This document shows, piece after piece, positions 27,482 to 41,026 of a stretch of 58,110 nucleotides of DNA. Under the pieces are notes generated by a model that was not told where the DNA came from, did no database searches, and saw only the letters and a program-made list of their open reading frames with translations. The DNA is from Conidiobolus incongruus B7586 (lineage: Eukaryota): positions 1 through 58,110 of the forward strand of contig JNEM01010327.1 of assembly GCA_000697335.1 (NCBI GenBank), given 5' to 3'. Position 1 is the first letter of the stretch. Each line of letters begins with the position of its first letter. A program made the position numbers and the translations under genes.

Positions 27482-28290
27482 TTATTGATGTAAAATGAGA
27501 TTTGATGCTAAATGAACAAATTCAATAAACCTAGGTATATCAAAATAACCTGCATGGATACTTTCATCTAGTTGATAGTAAATTTACACCTATTTAAAGT
27601 ACTCAATAAAGAGACAAGTATGTTGGAAATACAACAGTCCATCCTTTGGCCCTTGAACAAAGAGGAATTTGGGTTTTAAAACAGTTGGAATAGGCTGATA
27701 AGTAGGTGATACTTGGCGTCAAAATTCTTCTTTTGTTCCTAAAGCTTGGTGAATAAAGTCAGCATAGTCAGGGTACTATCTGTTTAGAATGGGAATGCCG
27801 TAAATTCCTTGGATAGTAATGACACCTTGAATGCTGTGAAAGATGCCTTCCATTAAGGATTTGATCTCTTCGATATGCTTAAAAGCTTTGAAGTCGTTAG
27901 GATATAAGGCAGTGAAAGAAACTGTTTGAGCTCCACAAGAGTGGCTGGCTAAATAAATTTACCGATTATTATAAGGAAACTGGTTGGGGTTCTTATAAGC
28001 ATGAATTAATACTTGACTCGATTCTTCAACGTGGCTTGGTTAATGGTATTTAGGTGGTAACTGACCATCATCACAGCAATATTATAGTTAGATGTGAGGT
28101 TTTCATCTACTTGAGTATCATCGTTTTTATCACTAGATCTCCAAGCACTTCCATGGACATATACCATCAAAGGGGTAGCTTTGCTAGAAGTTCCGATGGG
28201 AAGGTATAAGCCATAGAAGACTTTGATATTATTTAGTCATTGAAAATAAGGGATATTTTTATGAACATTAAGCTTTACTGAGTCAGCTAT
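27482..28290 (-). pseudogene. Intronless alpha/beta-hydrolase pseudogene (kynurenine formamidase Bna7/AFMID-like, HSL family)
   Basis: Translation gives PLMVYVHGSAWRSSDK (cf. HGGAWRSGDK), IYLASHSCGA (cf. GHSxGA nucleophile elbow), QGIYG and FVQGPKDGLL. It has several in-frame stops, a frameshift or deletion near 28040, and ATA in place of the start ATG. Confidence 0.85.
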
Positions 28291-31200
28291 TTTAGTTATA
28301 AAGGTTGAAATATAGTTTATATACAAGAATTTGTGATGACTTATATTATTTTTTATAAGATTGTTAATATAGGATGTGAAACAAGTGGATTAATAAAAAA
28401 AGACAATTTCAAAATATTTTTTGAGAATGGAAATTAATTTATTTGGTTGGATTCAAATATAGATGATATTAAATTTTTATAAAAATAATAATAGTATTGA
28501 TTGGTTATTATTATTATGAAACTTAAGTTCAAATATCATTCTATATAACATTTGATAGTTTTTATATTTTATATTGATATTAATATTTTCAAGTTTATAC
28601 TATAGAGTTTGTGTTGGATTGAAAAAGGATTTTTAATTTTACATGAGTACAAATATGTTTATTTTGAAAATTTCAAAATATATATTATTCAATTATTTAG
28701 TAGACAGAGTAATGAATTTTTAACTAATCTTTAAATTACCAAGATTTTAATCAAACTGAATTATTTCTCATAATAAATGATATATGCTTTATAAAATATA
28801 TATTATGTTCCTTTATAGAATATCAATTTAAAATGTAAATATTAGAAATTATTTAATTTTAGAAGTAATCACAATGTTAGACAAATATCATTAGCTTTAA
28901 TTATAAAATCTAAGTAATATTTTCAGATCAGAATTCGCTAATTAAATTTTCATTTTGAATTGATATTTAAGTATATCAAATTTATTAGTTTGAAAAATGT
29001 TCTTATTCGCTTCAACATTCAGATCTCATATTAAAGCTTTGGATTTTATCTAATAATATCACTACCAAAAGTTGCACAATATTTTGCCCCAATGATATTT
29101 AAGTTATGGCGTTCGATTTAAACTGGTATGAAAAAAATAGCAATAGACTTTATTGTGTTATTATTGATTATATTAAATGATTATGTAATATATTTAAATA
29201 TAACATTCATAGATTACAAGAATTCTAGCAAGTATGATTTAATAAGTTCTTATTATTATAACATTATTATAGTGTAAATAATTTAATTTATTAAATTGCA
29301 TTCAATGGATGATGGATTACTTGTAAATTTTTTAAAATGTTCACAGCTATAATATAACATTTATATGTTAACTATTCGTAATGGTTTGAATATTTTGTAT
29401 TATTTTAATTTGATGAGTCAAGTATACATAATATAATTATTGAAGTTGAATCCAATTTAAATATAAAATTAATTTAGTATATATTCCTGATACTTAAATA
29501 TTTGATAAAATATTATAATTCAAGATCAAGATTAAGTTGCTAATGTTAATTTAGATTTAGCTTTGTACTACGATAGTTAAGGTTAAATAAATTAAAGATA
29601 CTAGAAATATACAACAATAGCATTAAATTTAGCATTCTAGTAATGTTTAGTAATTATTGATATTATTAGATATCAAAATTAAAAATTGTGGATTGGCGAT
29701 AATAATTATAAATTTATGCATGTAAAATATATATATTATAGCTATTTAATTATATAAATACGAATAAATTGATGAAATCTTCTCTACATTACTTGTATTA
29801 AATATAACAATGATGCAAAAAAGAACCTTTTATATTAAATCCATTAATTTATGTTGGATTATTATCTTTGAGAGACAGTTTGATATTTTATTATTAATTA
29901 TATAGGAAATAGTCAAGCAATGCTTTAATCCATATGATTTAAGAAAGTCTTTTGAAAATTAAAAACTAAGCGCATATTATTATTATTTAATATATTATTC
30001 AATAAATTCCATTTTCAATGATTATTTTGACAGATTAATTGATTTTTAAACCAATACACCGAAAAATATATAATAATATCCAACTAACGCTAACATTATA
30101 AAATGTTTGGTAATTAATAATATGTATTAAACATATTTTGGCCAATCAATAAATTCTAATCATTCTAATTAAATAATTCCATGCTGTTATATTTAAAATT
30201 AATTTTTACATATGTAGAAAACGTAAATTACTTAGCAGCATTAGTATCCAAAGTATTAAATATATATTCAGAATTCATTTAATCATTAGATTTAGTCTAA
30301 GCAGTTATAATAGCATAATATTCAAACTAATTATATATATCTATGCAAAATCTAATGAATTTGATTTAATTTTATAAAATTCCACCCAAATATCAAAATA
30401 GTGAAACTGAAATAACCAATTAATATGTTAAATGTTCACTGTTACAAAATATCAGTAAAATTTACTCGGGGCGAAGTATAATTTAAATTGAATATATCAT
30501 TTTGTAAATCACATTTTAAATATGAAATTAATATAATATCAAAAATGTTGCAAATATATTTTATAAAAGTTTAATTTATTATTATATATAACTTGTATTT
30601 GAGTAAAAGTTATAAAATTTGAGTTTCTTTGATTTTAAGGATTCATGCTTTATATGATCTTATCAATATAATTGATGCGTATTCAATATATTGAAACTTA
30701 AACTATAGTCATACCTGTCAGTATATTAAAAGTTAAGGTTTTCAAAATTGGCAATAGTATGCTTAATATACTTTAATAAAATTATAGACTGATTTTTAAG
30801 TACAATAGATTCTACACAATATTACTTATTAAAGGAAGCACTCCATAGTGATTAATAGTACAACCTAAAAAATAATATCAAAAATTCAATAATAGAAAAT
30901 TCTCCAAATTCTAGTGATATTTCATATTCATATTATTAAGCTTAACATAATTGATAAATATCATTAACTTTTATTACATAATATTAATCAGTGTTAAAAT
31001 TGAATTAAATGTGATTAGAAATTGGGTAAAATTAAAAAATTATGAGGAAATAAGGTATAGTCAATAGAAATAATGATATTAGTCCAAGTGGAAATCATTA
31101 TTTCGAATGAGTCTCCTTCATTAAATATATTAATTATACGGATATTCAATTGAAAAAAAAATTTAAAAGATGATAAACTTGGAAAATGTACACTCCTAAT

Positions 31201-33817
31201 TAGGAATTTAAATGGTTAAAATATTTTCTTCAAATATCCAAATTAATATGTTAATATTATTGATTCCTGTAATAATCCAGAATATTAAATATGCTAATAC
31301 TTTAATCAAATATCAATCCTATTAAATATTATTCAAAAAAGTCGAAATTGTCAAAGTAAATCTTGTCTACTAATAAATTAGAAATTTGATGTTCAAATGC
31401 CCTGTATATTAATAAATATTACTTGCATTCAATATTGTACGATTTTTCAAACTCGTATATCATTATGATGAAATCCTTTAAATTGGTCAATTGTATATAA
31501 TGTTCGCTTCTTTTCTTTTAAAATAATTTTTGAACTCAGTGTGTTTTCTTTGGTCTCAATATATTGCTAACTGATTACTCTAAGGTTACATCAGTGTTTG
31601 AAGATTTCATCAATGTGTTATTTATGTCAATAGTATATTGTTGATATAATTTGGATTGAATATGCTGCCAATAAGTGGATTTATTACATTCGAAGAGTCA
31701 TGTTTTTTGAAATCCACACTATAGAAATATGACTTAATTTCATGTCATTTTATCTTTGAATAGTACACATATGTTTTTAGTAGCTGCTATCATCAGGGTT
31801 TTTTGATATCTCTTGTAAACGTTGCTTTTATTTGAGCATAATATTATGTATTTTTTCTCTGTTTAAAGTTTGAATAAATTCACCACATCTAGAACCGAAT
31901 TTTTAAACCACAATTAAAATTGAATATTAATGCATAATTTTTAAATTGAAATATTAAAAAAATTTTAAAAGCATAATCATTACAACATACTGGTTCCATT
32001 ATTAATAATCGAATATACTATTATAGGTAATCTAAGCTCAATTTAGAATATTATTGGTGATAAAAATAGTTAAAAATCCCATCAACTCTAGTTAATCCCT
32101 AAATGTAGTAATATTATAATCAATTTTTGAAATTTTAACTTTTCTCTTTTCCACTAATTAATATTATCAAATATACAATCCCTAAAACTTACATTAAAGT
32201 AATTGAGGATTAAAACCGAATCATAGCTATTTCAACTTTACCCTTTTATCTCCGCAAAATTTTATTATGATTTTATTATAATCAGTAACTGATTATACTT
32301 TTTAAGTTTGGAATTATAATTGATTAAAAGTAAATATATTACTAATTTTAGTATACCGTTCATATTAATTATTTTCTCGAAATTATTAACAAATTCTCAC
32401 TTAAAAATAACATCCTTTTATATTATATTTTATTTAAGTTATATTAATTATTATAATATATTGTTTTTATTAAAAATTAATGGATTTAATTGGGTGAAAA
32501 TCTGTTTACTAATAAATATATTACAATATTAAGTGTTGAAAAAAAATATTAATGGTTAATAACACTAGTGTTATATTAATATTTTAAAATAGTGTTAATA
32601 TCAAATATATGTAATGTAACATTTATGTAATTTAAGACTCTATGACTGTGAAATAGTAAAGATTATCTATCAGTGGATGAAATTAGTATTAATCAACTTG
32701 AATTTAATTAAAGTATTAATAGATTAGTGGGTAAACCCAAATCCTCCCAACGAATATTACATTGGATAATAGAGATTATTACCGTTATAAATTTGTAATC
32801 TTTCTATCTTAGTTACAACATAGTCACATTGTTTATTCTATAATTTAATCAATATTCAATATTAATCACATATTAATTGTTTGATCATTTTCGATTTTTA
32901 ATAGAATTGAAATGAAGAATATAATATAAAGGTGGATTTAAACTGAATAATCAATAAGCTGAAGCTTCTTTTTAATTCATCTGTTAACTTTTAAACCCTT
33001 AATATATGATAAAAATAATATTAAATAATATTGATTTTTTAAGTAATTAAATTTTAAACTATTTAATCTAGGAGAAAAATAACTTTTTTTTTTCAAAATT
33101 TCTTCAAGATTATATATTTAACTAAAATATTTTAAGTTATAAATTTTTATATAATAAAAACAAAAAAGAAATTATTTTGTTTGATGAGTTATTGTTAATA
33201 TATATTTTGTCAATTTTAGTATTAGATGTTAATTTTAATTCCCCCAATTAATTTGATCCATCATTATATATCAGGTGCTCATTTTCATAATATTAGTTAA
33301 TAGGAGTTAGAAAAAAGACTCTTGGGCATATGACACAAGTCGGTTGAGTGAAAAAAGTTAAATTTTAATCAAGTCCAATTATACCTATTGGACTGTATGT
33401 ATATGGATCAAAGTTTGGTTGAATCATTGAGATTCTTCACTCTCACTCGCTAGACCAATCGCGATTTATCACAAGATCTCCAATCCACATTACAATAAGC
33501 AATTTCGGCTATGAAACGGAAACTTAGAATGACAGGAGCAAGGCAGCTGATCTTATAAGGCAATTATTCTGGGCTCAACTGTGTTTTGACATCAAAGGGT
33601 CCACTTTTAATAAAAAACCAATAGTTGATGACTTCCATCATTCGGTATAGATGAATAATTGACTTATCAGCCATTGGGGTGGGTAGCCAATGATGTGAGA
33701 TCTTCAGGTATAATCGATGAATGACTATGGATATGCTCAGTCACAATTCAATATAAATGATCGCTTGTGCTCAGTCATTGTAATTCAGATCACTTATTTC
33801 ACATTTCAATTTCTGGG

Positions 33818-35352
33818 ATGAAAGCTGGTATTGTTATTTCGCCCGACGTCGAACTAGCGCCTAATGATAGTTTGAAAATGGGCTTTACTTGGACGATTTT
33901 CCGTGCCACTTTAATTGTCATTATCTCTACTTTCAATTTTGGGTATTCTCTTGGTGGTATTAATTTAGTTGAAAAAGCTATTATTGACTGTCCCGAAGGT
34001 GTGTACTACACTGGTCCTTTCCCAAGCTGTATTCAATCTTCTCTTACTGAATGGTATAATAATAACTTAAAACTATATAATCGAATTAATTAATTAATTA
34101 ATTAAATCATAGGGGTCAAATGGTTGGCTTTATGCCTCTCGGTGGTATTGTTGGTAGTTTAGCTGCTTCTGTTGCTTCCAGAAGAATTGGTAGAAGAAAT
34201 CTCATCCTTTACAACAACATCTTCTTCATCCTTGGATATGTTTTGATTGCTTGTGCTGTCAATAGACCAATGTTTATGATTGGAAGATTTATTACTGGTA
34301 TTGGGTGTGGTTTATCTTCAGTCACTGTGTCCAATTATATTGGTGAAATTGCCAATATCAAGAACAGAGGTTTGTTTGGTACTATGATGCAATTGTCTAT
34401 TAACTCTGGAAGTATGGTTTCTCAAATTATTGGTTATTTCCTCAATAATAATCCCGGTTGGAGAATTGTGTTTGCTATCCCTGCTGTTTTAGCTTTCATT
34501 CAATCTTTCTTTATTCCTATGGTTCCCAAATCACCCTCTCACTTGGTGTCTAAGGGTCATATTGATGAAGCTCGTGCTAATCTCCAGAAATTACGCCCTG
34601 GTTGCAACATTGAAAACGAGTTCGAGCACATGATGGAAGCCCAAGTCAATATCCAGCACGATCATACCGCTGCCCATGGTGGAAACAATGTTGTCGAGAA
34701 CCCCAACTCCAAGTTCAACTTGCTCAGAGAAATTCGCGAAAAGCCTTACCCCAAGTTCTTATTTATCTGTGCTGTTATCCATATGAATCAAATGTTATCT
34801 GGTATCAACTCTGTCGCCTTCTACTCCACCACCATTTTCACTAAAGGTTTTGGTCACGAAACTGCCTCCAAGATCTCTGTTGGTTTGGGCGCCATGCAGG
34901 TTGCTCCCGTCTTTTTGGCTGCTTGGGCTGTAGAAAATAAGGGAAGAAAACCTGTGTTTTTGACTAGTTGCCTTATTATGCTTGTATCTTTGATCTTAAT
35001 CGTTATTGGTGCTCAATTGGAAATCCACGCTTTGATGGCTGCTGCAACCTTTGGTTTTATGGGTAGTTTCGCGTTGGGTATCGGCCCAATCCCTTATCTT
35101 TTGACCTCAGAACTGTTCCCCAGTAACCTTCTTACCTTTGCTTCATCTTTTGTTATTGCTCTCAACTGGACTTGTAACACCATTATTGGTTTTCTTTTCC
35201 CCCCTGTCTTTACCTCTTTGGGTAATTACACCTTCCTTTTGTTCGCCGGTTTCTTGACATTTACCATCATTGTATGGTTCATTTTGTTCAAAGAAACCAA
35301 GGGTAAGACCCTCGATGCCATTATCAAGGAGGGCGCTGGCAAGACTGATTAA
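33818..35352 (+). CDS. MFS sugar porter (GLUT-like); exons 33818-34053 and 34113-35352
   Basis: FNFGY, RIGRR, GRFITGIG, YIGEIA..KNRG, GWR, LSGIN, GPIPYLLTSELFP, KETKGKTL. Confidence 0.93.
34085..34104. repeat. (TAAT)n microsatellite inside the sugar porter intron
   Basis: attaattaattaattaatta. Confidence 0.7.
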
Positions 35353-35466
35353 AGTATTTCTGAGCAACACCAATAAATACCTAATTATGAATTGTTTATA
35401 CTTTGTATTTTATCGCGGCCTATCATCACGGATATGCCTCTAGTTCTTATTAATAAACTCTATTCT

Positions 35467-35501
35467 TATTATTATTTTATTTATTTTATTTTATTTTATT
35501 A
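35467..35501. repeat. (TTTTA)n-like simple repeat downstream of the sugar porter
   Basis: ttattattattttatttattttattttattttatta. Confidence 0.6.
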
Positions 35502-37747
35502 TAATATGTTTATCCATTATCCATAACAGCAATAATATGGATAACTATTATTTATCACATTGTTGATTAATTAATTGATCACATTAATAATAAAATTATT
35601 ATTCTTTAGTTTTAAAAATTTATTTTTTTTTCTTATTAATTTTAATAATATGATTAATGAGAAATTTAAAAATTAATTTTTATCATGTTATATTCAACTA
35701 ATTTATTAATAATCGGTATTTATATGAAAATTTAAAGATATATATATATATATATTAAATTAAAATTTTCATTTATTAAAGTTTATTTCGATTAGAATAT
35801 TCTAGAAATTAATATCCTTTTTTTTTGAAAATAGCAAAATTTATATTTTGACATATTTTTAACATATGAAAAATGAAATAGAATATTAGTTTCAGAATAT
35901 TTTAATTTGCATATTAGAAAATTTTCATTAAAAATATAATAAAATTTTGGAATCATATAAATATTGAAATTATTGTATTGTATTTTGAGCAAAGATTGTG
36001 ATTTAATATATTGATGAAAATAATTTTTATAGTATGGAATTGTAATGTTTATATGATCAAAATACCAACTTACGAAACATTATGCAATATATTTATAATC
36101 TGGTATAATAATATATTTTATATGCTTAACTATATAAGATTATCGTTTATTTATTTTAAATTGATTATTTTATGTATAATAATTGCCCTTTCCTTAATAA
36201 GATTTAAACCATCAATCTATAAATTTTGGAATTTTTTCAATGTATTAAACGAATATAGTATATGACTATTTTAAAATTATTAAATAAAATATATAATATC
36301 AGCATTGTTTCTAATAAGATTATAAATAATATATTAATATCGAATTCATTTTGTCTATATTTTATCACTGTAATATATTGTTTAGGATTTTGCACAATTA
36401 TCAATGTGTATTTTATTATTTTGATTCGACAAAATAACTATATACAAAATATATCGTTAATTTTGTATATGGTATTGGCCTAGGAATATTCCAATAACTA
36501 TCCCTATATTATTGAAATACTAAAAAACATTTTTTAATGATAATTGATAAATCATATATCTTATAGTCCATTCTAATATGATTTAATGATTGCTAATATT
36601 AATCAAATTTGAAATTTTAATTGAAGTTGATTTTTTCAATTTATATAAAAAACAATTGGTTTAAAAGTATCAACTAAGATTTTAAATCGATATTCACTAA
36701 TTTATATTAAATTATGGAATTCATTTATAAATAATAGATAATTCAATTATATGAAAGTTATGATAAAATATGAAATAAATAAATCATACTTTATATCTAT
36801 TATGACTTTATAAAAATATTTAAAAACATTAGTAATTTATTATTTTATTAAAATTAAAAAAATCAGTTAATCAAATGATATATTTTCAATTATAAAACAA
36901 CTAAAATCATAGGATTACAAAACAATATAGCAATTCTAGAAATACTTTGGGTAAATTCAATTTATCACATTATCCCATCTTATTTTTCGATCTCTATTTT
37001 TGACCAATCATAATGATTTAATTATAGTATTTTCCATATCCTCATTTTCAAACTATTTTGACAAAATATTATTATATTCTGTAGTTTAAACTCATTAATT
37101 ATTCTATTTAATGCTATAAAGAATATATACATGATAGATCGAAATATAATTCAAATCAACAATATCATACAAGTTTGAAAATGTCACATATAAAATATAT
37201 TTATTTCAAAAATTGTTATTCACAAATATATTTTTATATATTTGCCCTGTATAAAATATTCTAAAAAATAGAGCTTTAGAATAATCAATAACATTGAATA
37301 AAATGAATTTTATAATGATTTTCTAATACTTTTATCTAAGGCCATAATATCCTATTGTAACATAGTAATCAATAAATATTATTAATTCTATAAGATAGTT
37401 ATTTATTTTACGGAATTTTTATTTGATGTAAATGATCTAAGTACAAGTTGAAAATTTAACAATTAAATAATATTGTTCTTTTGAATATTAAATGCTTTTT
37501 AATTATTAATAAGAGTTTGGTGAAATTAATAAGCTGATATTTCTTATGCCAATCAAATTTATCCAATTACAAGTTTAGGAGTACAATGTCTAGCATTTAA
37601 CTACGTACGCAGTCCAATTTAGCTTAAATAACCCTCATTTCCATAATAATTCTGCAACTTTAATCAACATTTAAAATCAACACTTTGCATATTACTTAAT
37701 TGAAATTATTTTTAATAACTAGATCTCTGTTAAATTTAATATAGAAT

Positions 37748-39205
37748 ATGTCTTATCCAGGTGCTAATTGGCGACAACAGAATCCTCCTCCACCAAATAA
37801 CAATAATAATAATTTCCCACCTCAAGGAGGGTATGGAGGTTACAATCAACCTCCTCCTATGAATCAAGGCTATTATAATCAAGGCCCTCCTCCTCAACAA
37901 TTTGGAGGCTACAATAACGGTCCTCCTCCAGGTGGATACGGTCAACCAAATAATTTTCCAGGAGGCTTTAATACAGGTCCTCCTATGAATCAAGGTTTCC
38001 CAGGTGGTAGTATGCCAATGCCTGATGGTGGGATGCCGATGCCAGGCAGTGATAATTTTGGATTCCCTCCTAGCAATAATCAACCCCATAATTTCGAAGC
38101 TAGAGCCCAAAACATGCCCTTTAATCAGAATCAACCTTATGGTGGAGGCAATAATAATTTTGGAGGTGGCCCAGGTGGGAACTTTGGAGGCCCTCCCCCA
38201 CCATATCAAGGAAATCCTGGACAACAAAATACTCAACCCTTACCTCCAAATCAACCTGTTCCACAAGGTTTTCACCAGGGTCAACAAATTCAAGTATCTA
38301 ATTTTTCAGGTAAAAAGAGAGCTCTACTCATCGGTATCAATTATTTCAAAACCAAAGCAGAATTACGTGGCTGTATCAATGATGTTCACAACGTCAAAAA
38401 CTTTATCACACAGCATTATGGATTCCGTCAAGAGAATATGGTTATTTTAACAGACGATCAAAAGGACCCTAACTTTATTCCTACTCGTCAAAACATGATC
38501 AATGCAATGAAATGGTTAGTATCTAATGCTCAACCCAATGATTCCTTCTTTTTCCATTTCTCAGGTCATGGATCTCAACAAAAAGATACTGATGGGGATG
38601 AAGATGATGGCTTCGATGAGACTATTTGTCCAGTAGATTACGAAAAAGCTGGAATGATCGTTGATGATGAAATGAATGCCATCATGGTTAAGCCCTTACC
38701 CCAAGGATGTCGTTTGACAGCCATCTTTGACTGTTGTCACTCTGGTACTGCCTTAGATCTTCCATATATTTACAATCACGAAGGTAAACTCAAAGAATAT
38801 AACCCAGGTAAAGTAGCTCAATCTACTTTGGTGAACGTTGGACAAGCTTATATGATGGGTGATTTAATTGGAGCTGCCATGAATCTGAAAAATGGTCTTG
38901 GCAAATTGACTGGTGGTAAAAAGGCTGCAGAAAAAAGCAAAAAAGAAAAGAGTTCACTTGCTGATGTAGTAATGTTCAGTGGTTGTAAAGATACTCAAAC
39001 GTCTGCAGATACGCATGAACAAGGTGTTGGTGCTACAGGGGCCATGTCTTTTGCTCTTATTTCATCACTTAAATCAGATCCTTACGGTCTCACTTATTTA
39101 CAGCTTCTTAATTCAGTACGTCAGATTCTCAGAGGCAAGTACCAACAATTACCCCAATTGAGCTCTGGTAGACCAATGGATATGAATACTAAATTTATGA
39201 TGTAG
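37748..39205 (+). CDS. MCA1: Type I metacaspase, copy A (intronless; P/Q/N/G-rich prodomain)
   Basis: KKRALLIGINY, LRGCINDV, FHFSGHG (catalytic His), IFDCCHSGTALDLP (catalytic Cys), SGCKDTQTSAD, QLPQLSS. Confidence 0.97.
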   Translation: MSYPGANWRQQNPPPPNNNNNNFPPQGGYGGYNQPPPMNQGYYNQGPPPQQFGGYNNGPPPGGYGQPNNFPGGFNTGPPMNQGFPGGSMPMPDGGMPMPGSDNFGFPPSNNQPHNFEARAQNMPFNQNQPYGGGNNNFGGGPGGNFGGPPPPYQGNPGQQNTQPLPPNQPVPQGFHQGQQIQVSNFSGKKRALLIGINYFKTKAELRGCINDVHNVKNFITQHYGFRQENMVILTDDQKDPNFIPTRQNMINAMKWLVSNAQPNDSFFFHFSGHGSQQKDTDGDEDDGFDETICPVDYEKAGMIVDDEMNAIMVKPLPQGCRLTAIFDCCHSGTALDLPYIYNHEGKLKEYNPGKVAQSTLVNVGQAYMMGDLIGAAMNLKNGLGKLTGGKKAAEKSKKEKSSLADVVMFSGCKDTQTSADTHEQGVGATGAMSFALISSLKSDPYGLTYLQLLNSVRQILRGKYQQLPQLSSGRPMDMNTKFMM

Positions 39206-41026
39206 AATTTTGAAAATTGATATGAATACTTGAAAAGTTAGAATTTTAATTTACTTGGTATTAATAAATATCATCATATATCACTCATAACAGTCTGTTG
39301 TTATATTTTGATTTTTAAGCATATTTTTATAAAGTGAGTTTGAAAATATAGCTTTAATTTTCGATGTAGTTTTGTTTAATTTGTTTGATGTTATAAAAAT
39401 AATAACATCAGCATTTTATTAATTCTTATCTGTTGATGTAAACATTATAAATTAAGTTGTATTATATTCATTTACTTTATTATAGAATCTTTTGACATTC
39501 GCACTGTTATAATTATTGTTATTTTAAATATAACATGTAGATTAATAAAAATTATATTTTATGAATTTGGTATTCTCTACAATTTATCAAATTTTTAATT
39601 TAAAGTATGATAAAATAATCAAATTACAAAAATAGTAAATAAAATAAAATATTATTCTAAGAAAGTATACTATAGTTAGATGACAGCTTGGTTAAAAATT
39701 TTATTTGATATACTAGGCAATTATTTACTAGTGATCTTAATTAGTACAATTAAAAATAAGTTTAATTACAGTGTTATAGATGAGCCATATTATTTCATAA
39801 AATATTAGTTAAATCAATAATAACTATTTTCATTAGAAAATCGAAAACTATGATATTATTGAATAGTAGCTAAGAAAATTTCAAGTTAATATTATACATT
39901 TAAAGATGTATATAATTGGTTAGAAATTGATCAAATTATTTCAAATAGTTGATAAAATTTTTCTCAATTTTGGATTCAAAATATATAAGAAACTTTCAAA
40001 ATTTGATAAAAATAATTTTTAAAAGAGCAATATTTTATTTTAATGTCAGAATAATAAGATGAAAAATAATTATAAAGATATGTATTCGCTTTAATTAAAT
40101 ATTCGATATTGTTATATAATTTATAAAATAGGATATATATATTAATGACTTTCAACAAATGTTATATTTTCAAATGGTTCTAAATCTTAATTTTATAATT
40201 TTGTATTTGATAGTTCAATTTAAATATGGGTAAATTAACATTGAAATTGATGGAAGATTTAATGGGCCTATAATTAATGAATCCATTATTCCACAAGTTG
40301 AACAAAAATGTGGATAAAGAGTGTATGGATTTAGAGTATGACATCATTGGAAAAAAGATTTTATGACATATATTTACTTTTCGTCCGAAAAATGTACGCA
40401 AAAGTTAACTGATGAATTGCTTGAATGCTTAGTTAAATTCATAAACTAATAGTAAACAATTGCTTGGTTTCCTTTTAAATTGAATTTAAATGGCATTTTG
40501 CCTAATGGAACGGTTAAATTAAATTTAAAATACCCTTATAATAGGTTTCAGCTATTATTAGTGAAAAACAGGAATTTTTACCTGGCTCTAGTATTCGTTA
40601 TTTATATTGAATATTTTTGAAAGTTATCGGTAAAGAAATATGAATAATATTATGATATAATATTGCTGAATTCTTATATTATTAAAACCATTTCTATTAA
40701 TCGTATCGTAAATACAAAATATAGAGGAAAATTCATTTTTTGTTCCAATATTGCTACATCTCTCTCTAATTCAATTCACAATAAAGAACATTATTCATAT
40801 TTTAATAATCGCAAGTTGAAAGTTAATTGGTTTCTTGGCATTAAATTATTCAACAAGACTAGGAAAAAACTTTGAAAGTTTAAAATTAACCCATAGTTTC
40901 AAGTAGGCAATCATTATAGGATATATAGCTATCATATCCATTAATCATTCGTAGCTTTGTATTTTTAATCCACTTCCCATATTCTAATATCATTTTGATT
41001 AAAATTTTTTAAAATTGATTTAGAAT

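Noticed and set aside
32320..40875. I/L/F/Y/N/K-rich short ORFs (32320, 35792, 36011, 36262, 39976, 40663)
   Set aside because: Their composition is what random AT-rich DNA gives; most have non-ATG starts and none has a recognisable motif
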